A stretch of 64,000 nt of DNA from NCBI GenBank assembly GCA_041667185.1, contig JBAYFM010000002.1, forward strand, positions 23,432 through 87,431. Direction: 5' to 3'. Both the position numbers and the translations under genes were made by a program. Shown piece after piece: positions 57,577-64,000 of this stretch (position 1 is the first letter of the stretch; each line of letters opens with the position of its first letter). This DNA is from Patescibacteria group bacterium. GTDB lineage: Bacteria > Patescibacteriota > Patescibacteriia > SG8-24. The notes under the pieces were generated by a model. It was not told where the DNA came from. It did no database searches and saw only the letters and a program-made list of their open reading frames with translations.

Positions 57577-58785
57577 CTAAAACTGCGTGGCTAAACTGTA
57601 CATCGGCATGATGATCGCCGCGACCATGACGCCGACGGCCGCGCCCATGACCATCATGATCAGCGGCTCGATGGCCGAAACCAGCGTGGAAACGAGATTC
57701 TGCAATTCACGAGAATAGAAAGAAGTGAGCTTTTCGAGCACGTCATTCAGCCGCCCGGTCTCCTCGCCCACAGCCATCATCTGCGAGACCATGGTCGGAA
57801 TGGTCCGCTCTTTGGCGAAGACCATGGTGATCGAATTGCCGTCCATCACCTCTTTTTTCGTGGCCAGGATCTGCTCGCGATATTTGGCGTTGCCGACGAT
57901 ATCGGCGCAAACATCCAGACTGCCGGGAATGTCGACGCCGCCGGCGAGCAGGGTGGAAAGACTCTGGGTGAAGCGCACCAGATAGATGCGCTGAAGCATC
58001 ACTCCGAAGACCGGAAGATACAGGATGAACCCGTCCCAGTGGCGCTTGCCGTTCGGCGTCTTGATCCACCACATCAGGCCCGCGAGGCCCAGGACCACGG
58101 TGACGACGATCTGGATGACGTATTGTTTGGCGAAACCGCTGACGAAGATGAGCATGCGCGTCGGCAAAGGCAGGGCGGCGCCGGATTCCGACAGCACGAC
58201 GGTCAATTTCGGGACCACGAAGGTCAGCATGATGAAGCCGACGATCACGAGACCGATGATGATGAAGATCGGGTAGGTCATCGCGCCTTTGATCTTGGAC
58301 ATCAGATCGTAATCCTTCTCCATCTGGTCCGCGAGATAATTCATGACATCCTCGAGGCGGCCGGTCGTCTCGCCGGACCTGATCATGTTCACGAAAAAAT
58401 TGCTGAACGCATCCGGATACTTGGCCATTGCCATGGACAGCGACGTGCCGGATTCGACCTCGTCGGCGATGGAGACGATCATCTTCTGCAGGCGCTTGTT
58501 CTGCGTCTGCCGGATCATCGTCTTGAGCGAGGTCACGATCGGCATTTTGGCGCCCATGAGCACCGAGAACTGGCGGGAAAAAATGACGATGTCCTTGATC
58601 GGGATCTTGTTGAAGAACGGGATCTCAAAAGCCAGGAGACCGCCGCCGGCCTCCTGTTCGATCGAAACCACCGTGAGATCCTTGTCTTTCAAAGTATCGG
58701 TGGCGATCTCCAAATTATCGGCTTCCACGAAGCCGACTTTGGTCTGTCCCATTTGATCGTTGGCCCGATATTTGAAACGCGGCAT
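57577..58785 (-). CDS. pilC: Type IV pilus platform protein PilC (GspF family)
   Basis: 402 aa with duplicated GspF domains (FSRQFSVLMGAKMPIVTSLKTM... and FTQSLSTLLAGGVDIPGSLDV...). Confidence 0.9.
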   Translation of the reverse strand: MPRFKYRANDQMGQTKVGFVEADNLEIATDTLKDKDLTVVSIEQEAGGGLLAFEIPFFNKIPIKDIVIFSRQFSVLMGAKMPIVTSLKTMIRQTQNKRLQKMIVSIADEVESGTSLSMAMAKYPDAFSNFFVNMIRSGETTGRLEDVMNYLADQMEKDYDLMSKIKGAMTYPIFIIIGLVIVGFIMLTFVVPKLTVVLSESGAALPLPTRMLIFVSGFAKQYVIQIVVTVVLGLAGLMWWIKTPNGKRHWDGFILYLPVFGVMLQRIYLVRFTQSLSTLLAGGVDIPGSLDVCADIVGNAKYREQILATKKEVMDGNSITMVFAKERTIPTMVSQMMAVGEETGRLNDVLEKLTSFYSRELQNLVSTLVSAIEPLIMMVMGAAVGVMVAAIIMPMYSLATQF

Positions 58786-58837
58786 GAACTTCGATGTCGC
58801 TGGCCGGGCCGCAAAAACGCCCCCGACCGCTCCCTTT

Positions 58838-59227
58838 TTAGGCCATCTTGAGAACCTTCTTGATCTTGGCCACGGCCTCGGCCGGCACGAAATGAGCTTT
58901 GATCAGATAATCGGCCGCGCCTTCCTGAAGACCCTTCTCCACGTCTTCTTTCTGGCCCAGATTCGTCAACATGATGACCGGGATGTTCTTGGTCGTTTCT
59001 TCGGCCTTCAGCCGCTTCAGGACCTCGAAACCGTCCAATTTGGGCATGAGCACGTCTAGCAGGATCAGGTCCGGCAACTCTTTCAGGGCGGCTTTGATGC
59101 CCTCGTCCCCGTCCCGGGCCGACACGACGGCAAAACCGTCGAGTTCCAGCTTGGTGGCATAAATACCCGAAAGGAACGCGTCGTCATCAACGATCAGGAC
59201 CTTGATCTTCTTGGCTTCGTCTGGCAT
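58838..59227 (-). CDS. Single-domain CheY-like response regulator (REC) embedded in the pilus cluster
   Basis: 129 aa. Acidic pocket VLIVDDD, phospho-acceptor Asp in LILLDVLMP, T/K residues (IPVIMLTN..., YLIKA). Confidence 0.8.
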   Translation of the reverse strand: MPDEAKKIKVLIVDDDAFLSGIYATKLELDGFAVVSARDGDEGIKAALKELPDLILLDVLMPKLDGFEVLKRLKAEETTKNIPVIMLTNLGQKEDVEKGLQEGAADYLIKAHFVPAEAVAKIKKVLKMA

Positions 59228-59260
59228 AGGCGGTTGGTTATTCCCGAAAATTTACGATCT

Positions 59261-61006
59261 TCATTTAACTGATGATATCCTCATCACCTCTTCAATTGTA
59301 GTCGAGCCCTCCAAAGCTTTCAATATGGCGTCCTGGCGGATATTCATCAGCTTCTGTTTCTTGATCTCTTCCTGGACCTTGTCGATGGGGAAACCCTGGG
59401 TGATCAGCTGGCGGAAATCATCGTTGAAACGGATGAGTTCGGCCACCGCCACGCGACCGCTATAACCGGTGTCGTTGCAGCGCAGACAGCCTCTTCCTTT
59501 ATAGAACGTGAGCTTGGGAGCCGAAAGGTCGATGTGAGCGCGATGAATGTCCGGGATCTCCAGAATCTCCTTGCGCAGGCCCGCCTCCACTTCGGGCGGC
59601 ACGTTGACCTGGCCCTTGCAGCGTTCGCAGATCTTCCGGGCCAGACGCTGCGCGATGGCCATGTTGAGGGTCGCGGCCAGCAGGAATGGTTCGATATGCA
59701 TGTCGATGAGGCGCGGCACCACGCCCAAAGCATCGTTCGTGTGCAGGGTCGAGAAAATCAGGTGGCCGGTCAAAGCCGCGTGGACGGCCAACTCCCCCGT
59801 CTCCACGTCGCGGATCTCGCCGACCATGATGATGTTCGGATCCTGGCGCAAGAGAGCTCGCAGGCCGGAAGCGAAAGTGAAGCCGACCTCAGCGCGGATC
59901 TGCGACTGGTTGACGCCCCGGATGGTGTACTCGACCGGATCCTCGAGAGTCGAGATGTTCACCACCTCGTCGTTGCGCATGTTCAGGATGGTGAAGAGCG
60001 TGGTGGATTTGCCGGAACCGGTCGGACCAGTGATCAGGAAGATGCCGTGCGGTTTGCGGATATCCTCCTTGATGATGTCGACATAATGTTTGCGGAAACC
60101 GAGCTGTTCGAGAGCCGGGACGCCTTTCGTGGTATCCAGGATGCGCATGACGACCTTCTCAGCGTCCTGCAGCGGCAACGTCGAGACGCGAAAGTCGATG
60201 ATCTTCTCGCCGAAAGTCTCCCGGATGCGCCCGTCCTGCGGGATGCGAGTCTCATCCAGTTTCATGTTCGAGAGCACTTTGATGCGGGAGACGATCGAAT
60301 TGTGGATGTATTTCGGCAGGCGCAACGAAGTGCGCAGCACGCCGTCCACGCGGTAACGCACGCGCGTCTCCTCGCCGTAAGGTTCGAGGTGGATATCCGA
60401 GGCGCCGCCGTCGACGGCGTGGCGCAGGATGACCGACACGATGCGCGAGACCGGCGCGCCCTTGATGATCTCCTCCAGCTTCTCCTCTTTCTCGTCTTCT
60501 TTCGGTTTGGGGACGTACCGGTCCTTGGCGACCTCCAGCGCTTTGGCGACCTCCTTGCCGATCTCCTCGTATTTCTTCAGCGCGTAATTGAACGAGGGAT
60601 TGGAGATGACGAAATATTTGACCGCGAAACCGGCGTTCTGCGCCAGGAAACCGATCGCCTGGACCGCGGCGGGATCGCGAGGATCGAGCATGCCGATACT
60701 GACGACGCCATCCTGCTTATCGAAAGCCACGGCCTTGTTGTTCTCAGCGACCGGTTTGGGGATCAGGTTCACCACTTGGACGTCGATCTTCTTGCCGACC
60801 AAATCGGCAAAGGGCAGGTTCATGACCAGGCCCTTGGCTTTGACGATCAGTTCCTCGTCCACCAGGCGCTTCTTGATCAAAAGCGCGTCGACCGGCAGAC
60901 CGGAATCAACGTGTTCTTTCTGGACGAGGCGATAATTATCTTCCGTGATATGCCCCGCTTCGAGCAAGATATCCAATAATTCGGAATTGTTGTTCATGCG
61001 CTTCAA
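59261..61006 (-). CDS. pilB: Type IV pilus assembly ATPase PilB (GspE family)
   Basis: 581 aa. N-terminal GspII-like domain, Walker A GPTGSGKSTTLF, Asp box, Walker B IIMVGEIRD, His box, and the tetracysteine motif CERCKG...CLRCNDTG. Confidence 0.9.
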   Translation of the reverse strand: MKRMNNNSELLDILLEAGHITEDNYRLVQKEHVDSGLPVDALLIKKRLVDEELIVKAKGLVMNLPFADLVGKKIDVQVVNLIPKPVAENNKAVAFDKQDGVVSIGMLDPRDPAAVQAIGFLAQNAGFAVKYFVISNPSFNYALKKYEEIGKEVAKALEVAKDRYVPKPKEDEKEEKLEEIIKGAPVSRIVSVILRHAVDGGASDIHLEPYGEETRVRYRVDGVLRTSLRLPKYIHNSIVSRIKVLSNMKLDETRIPQDGRIRETFGEKIIDFRVSTLPLQDAEKVVMRILDTTKGVPALEQLGFRKHYVDIIKEDIRKPHGIFLITGPTGSGKSTTLFTILNMRNDEVVNISTLEDPVEYTIRGVNQSQIRAEVGFTFASGLRALLRQDPNIIMVGEIRDVETGELAVHAALTGHLIFSTLHTNDALGVVPRLIDMHIEPFLLAATLNMAIAQRLARKICERCKGQVNVPPEVEAGLRKEILEIPDIHRAHIDLSAPKLTFYKGRGCLRCNDTGYSGRVAVAELIRFNDDFRQLITQGFPIDKVQEEIKKQKLMNIRQDAILKALEGSTTIEEVMRISSVK

Positions 61007-61272
61007 TCGAAGAATTTTGACGAGCCGGATTCAGTGACAACGATGGGAATCTCACCGAAAGCCTTCAACTCCTTATAATCCTGACGGCCAAACAACCGCT
61101 GGGCTTCGCCGGACGGCAGCGTGAAACGGACAACTGCCGGCAACAGCTTGCCGCCCGCTGACGGCGACGGCACGAAACGGTCTCGAAAAATGAAAACCGC
61201 CACCAAGACACACACGACGACGAACCCGGCCAGGAATTTGATCTGTTTGCTTTCTTTGCTGCCTAAAGCCAT
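61003..61272 (-). CDS. Small membrane-anchored protein of the pilus cluster (function unknown)
   Basis: 89 aa. TM segment FLAGFVVVCVLVAVFIF. 4-nt overlaps on both sides. Confidence 0.4.
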   Translation of the reverse strand: MALGSKESKQIKFLAGFVVVCVLVAVFIFRDRFVPSPSAGGKLLPAVVRFTLPSGEAQRLFGRQDYKELKAFGEIPIVVTESGSSKFFD

Positions 61273-61273
61273 A

Positions 61274-61882
61274 TTATTTGGCGCCGGATTTAGCGGCCGC
61301 GACAGCCGGTTTATCCAGGAAGTACGCCGTCAGGATCAGATTATACGTGGTCGAGCCGCGAATCACGGACACTGACTGAACATCGAAGAGGCGGAGCGAA
61401 CGTTCGATGTCCTTGAGCAGCAGTTTGAACTGGCTGTAAGTGCCGCCTTCGAAAGTGGCCGACACGCGGACCGGTTTTCGCCCCAGAGCCGTGACCAGCT
61501 TTTCGTTGGCGACCGCATCAACCCCTTTCAGGCGCATGTTGTTCGCCCGAGCCACTTCGTCGAGCTGGACAAAAATACCGGGAACATCGAGGTCGGCGAG
61601 CGGCACGATCCGCGAAGCGCGACGGCGATTCTCGGCACTGAGCTTGGAATATTTAGCGAGCGCCGTCTCGGCGTCGGCTAAAAATTTCTCATCCTCGCTG
61701 ATGCGCGTCGTGATTCCGGTCAGATCATATTCGCCGCCGGGCATGAGCTGGCTGATCTTCGGCAGCAAAAACAGGTAGTAGCCGGCCGCAGCATATGCCA
61801 GGCCGACAATGACGGTGATGGCCGGCAGCCAGGCCGCGAGCATCTTGGTCCCCCGTTCGGTTTTAGCGGTTGAAGCCGGCAT
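61274..61882 (-). CDS. PilO-like pilus assembly protein
   Basis: Start chosen at MPASTAKTERGTKMLAAWLPAITVIVGLAYAAAGYYLF (TM), followed by a coiled coil and an alpha/beta domain. This is the typical PilO topology. Alternative starts exist at 61921 or 61843. Confidence 0.5.
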   Translation of the reverse strand: MPASTAKTERGTKMLAAWLPAITVIVGLAYAAAGYYLFLLPKISQLMPGGEYDLTGITTRISEDEKFLADAETALAKYSKLSAENRRRASRIVPLADLDVPGIFVQLDEVARANNMRLKGVDAVANEKLVTALGRKPVRVSATFEGGTYSQFKLLLKDIERSLRLFDVQSVSVIRGSTTYNLILTAYFLDKPAVAAAKSGAK

Positions 61883-61883
61883 A

Positions 61884-62615
61884 TCATTGAGTAGCCTCCG
61901 CCACCGGACGTTTCCAGACATCCGGCTTGGCTTTCACGATCAACGAAAAGAAAATCCCTTCGATCGCCCCATTCTGACCGAGTTTTTCAGATGCGCTCGA
62001 AACTTTGACCGAAACGATCGCGGGGTGGTCTTTGATGTTCACGACCTGCTCGGCCATGTCGCGATAACTTTTGGCGACCGCATCGACCGTGAACAGGCTG
62101 TTCTCGACATCGCCGGAAAACTTATCGTAGATCACTGTTTCTTTCGTGACGCTCTCCAGGAAAGTAAAGAAATTGGTCCAGTAAACGTGAGCGTCCAGAG
62201 TTTCCGCCACAACCTTGGCCTGCCGTTCGAAATCGATGGCCTCGGCGCTGGCGACCTTGCTCTCCTGGAGGACCTTGGTCAGGGCTTCGACCCGCGCCCA
62301 CTTTTGTTCGCGAACAACAGTCTTATTGGAAATCTCGCCGGACAAATAAAAATTTGCCCCGCCGATCGCAAGCGTGACCAGGATCAGGACCAGGATCAAC
62401 GCGAACAGCCGCCGTCCGAAATTCGGACCTTCGCTTCCGGCCAGTTCCGTCGGCATGAGCGAAACGCGCAACGCCGCCAGACCGCCGGTGGAAGCGGCCG
62501 CTCCGGACGACGATTGCTTCGAGACCGCTGATGGTCGCGAAGCTGGAGGCGTCGGCGATGACTGAGCCGCCGAGCGCGGACTTGTTCCGCCAAGATTAGT
62601 CGGATCAAAAGCCAT
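61884..62615 (-). CDS. PilN-like pilus assembly protein
   Basis: 243 aa. Low-complexity Ser/Ala/Pro N-terminus, a single TM (LFALILVLILVTLAIG), and a periplasmic domain. Lies between pilM and pilO. Confidence 0.55.
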   Translation of the reverse strand: MAFDPTNLGGTSPRSAAQSSPTPPASRPSAVSKQSSSGAAASTGGLAALRVSLMPTELAGSEGPNFGRRLFALILVLILVTLAIGGANFYLSGEISNKTVVREQKWARVEALTKVLQESKVASAEAIDFERQAKVVAETLDAHVYWTNFFTFLESVTKETVIYDKFSGDVENSLFTVDAVAKSYRDMAEQVVNIKDHPAIVSVKVSSASEKLGQNGAIEGIFFSLIVKAKPDVWKRPVAEATQ

Positions 62616-62621
62616 AGGTTC

Positions 62622-63755
62622 TCATTCGATATCGCGCATCGCCAGACCGGTCGCGACCGCGAAACGATAACCGATCTCGTCGAGGATCGGCCTGAGGCCG
62701 TCCGGATAAACTACGCGGGCCCAGGGATCGCCGGCATAGACGCGGACATTGAGCTGTCTGGAGAAATAATCGACGAGTTGCGGCAAAGCGGCCGAACCGC
62801 CGGTCAGGATGATCTTCTCGATGCGTTTCGCGGGCTGCCCTTCCTGCTGCTGTCCGGAATACAGGTTCATGGAATACTGCAGCTCCGTGAGCAGCGGCGC
62901 GACGGTCGCCTCGAAGATCTTCGGCAGACCCTCGCCGGGATAGATCGTGGAGACGCTCTTGATGTCGCATTTCATCTGTTCGGCCGCCTTGAGTTCGATC
63001 GACATGGCGTGGCTCATGGCTTTGGTGAAAGCGATGCCGCCCATGTCGAGGCTCCTGGTCACGAACGGAATGCCGTTCTCGACGATGATGATGTTCGTCC
63101 GCGCCGCGCCCATGTCCACGATCATCGTGGTGGCGCGATCCTTGCCGACGATCGAGCGGATCAGGCCGAAAGTCTCGGACTCAAGACTGATCGGTTCCAA
63201 TCCGGCGGCTTTGAGAGTATTGAAATATTTCATCACCATCGTGCGCGAAGCGCCGGTGATCAGCACCTGCACGGTCTTGGAAGCGTCTTTCTTCTCTTCT
63301 TTGGCGCCCGGAGCCGCGGCCTTGGCTTCCCTCTCAGCTGGCGTCAGCCGGTCTTTCGGACTGTCCGACTGGCTGATGATCTTGGGATCAAGGACCATTT
63401 CTTCGAGCGGCACGGGGATGAGTTTGCGCGCCTGCTGCTGGATGGCTTCGTCCTGCTCTTTGGGCGTGCCTTTGGGGATCGTGATGACCGAACTGAAGAC
63501 CGACGCGATCGGCAGACTGGCGACCGTCTTCACGGTGGTCATGCGGGATTTCTTCCAGATATTCCTCAGGATCTCGGCGGTGCCTTTTGGATCGTCAACC
63601 GGATTGACCGGCTGGACGTCCGGCAGGCGTTCCGTAAAACCGTAGGTCACGAGCCGGGCGCGCCCTTTCTCATTGCGCAGCTCAACCAATTTAAGCCCGC
63701 CAACGCCAAGATCGGCGCCGATATAGCTGATCTTTTTTGGTCCGAATAACCCCAT
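62622..63755 (-). CDS. pilM: Type IV pilus assembly protein PilM (actin-like ATPase fold)
   Basis: 377 aa. N-terminal IGADLGVGGLKLVEL (phosphate-1 loop) and the overall PilM/FtsA-like architecture. Confidence 0.85.
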   Translation of the reverse strand: MGLFGPKKISYIGADLGVGGLKLVELRNEKGRARLVTYGFTERLPDVQPVNPVDDPKGTAEILRNIWKKSRMTTVKTVASLPIASVFSSVITIPKGTPKEQDEAIQQQARKLIPVPLEEMVLDPKIISQSDSPKDRLTPAEREAKAAAPGAKEEKKDASKTVQVLITGASRTMVMKYFNTLKAAGLEPISLESETFGLIRSIVGKDRATTMIVDMGAARTNIIIVENGIPFVTRSLDMGGIAFTKAMSHAMSIELKAAEQMKCDIKSVSTIYPGEGLPKIFEATVAPLLTELQYSMNLYSGQQQEGQPAKRIEKIILTGGSAALPQLVDYFSRQLNVRVYAGDPWARVVYPDGLRPILDEIGYRFAVATGLAMRDIE

Positions 63756-64000
63756 AGGCTCATTTTAAGGCTGGTCTCAACTTCAACGGTCGCCCTATTT
63801 CCTCTTTGAATTATACACTTTTTCAGCCAGGAATGACAGTCTCTTCAAGCTTGTTTATCCCCCATCATTGAGCGATCGGCAGATCGCTGAAGGTCGGCAT
63901 GGTCTTGGTGACGTCCTCAAAACCCGGCGGCGGGTTGGCCAAGGCCCGACCGTCATAGACCACGACTTCGGAACCCTGTTCGATGCTCTTGAAAGAGCGG

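Overview
High-GC (~65%) bacterial chromosomal window. Pilin signatures and gene content are compatible with a Patescibacteria/CPR-like or other small-genome lineage; the lineage call is uncertain. Almost all genes are on the minus strand. From start to end: (1) an ECF sigma / anti-sigma / DUF5666-like / MacAB-type tripartite efflux operon (1-5891) plus an orphan PAS sensor kinase; (2) transporters and housekeeping genes (EamA, saccharopine dehydrogenase-family, YggT, DUF360, PIF1-type helicase, MFS, RlmN); (3) a class-II Fic protein beside a divergent S24-like peptidase; (4) a clearly lower-GC ~6.5 kb defense island (22.9-29.35 kb). The island carries a HEPN-like gene, a Sau3AI/MutH-family restriction endonuclease + Dcm C5-methyltransferase + Vsr, and a tight three-gene cassette (unknown 317-aa protein, PD-(D/E)xK-like nuclease, NYN-domain protein). 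The R-M module is bracketed by ~80-bp direct repeats; (5) ArsM, then a tRNA-Asn(GTT) locus littered with tRNA fragment copies and a GIY-YIG gene whose last codons are the tRNA 5' end; (6) two tandem CPBP/Abi intramembrane proteases embedded in a three-copy family of composite non-coding repeats (GGAG-rich tracts plus 24-nt perfect palindromes); (7) the rpoD-dnaG operon, with a histone-H1-like lysine-rich tail on RpoD; (8) a CsoR-controlled copper module (HMA-TauE/cupredoxin membrane protein, CopZ, CopA carrying an unusual ~310-aa C-terminal repeat extension); (9) tRNA-Ser(GGA) followed by a hairpin-rich non-coding stretch, lgt, ligA-gatC-gatA; (10) a complete type IV pilus cluster (pilM/N/O, pilB, CheY-like REC, pilC, pilA, pilD, three minor pilins). 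No CRISPR array, integrase or transposase was seen. The best candidate for an undescribed system is the three-gene low-GC cassette at 27.1-29.3 kb, with the repeat-element/CPBP locus second.
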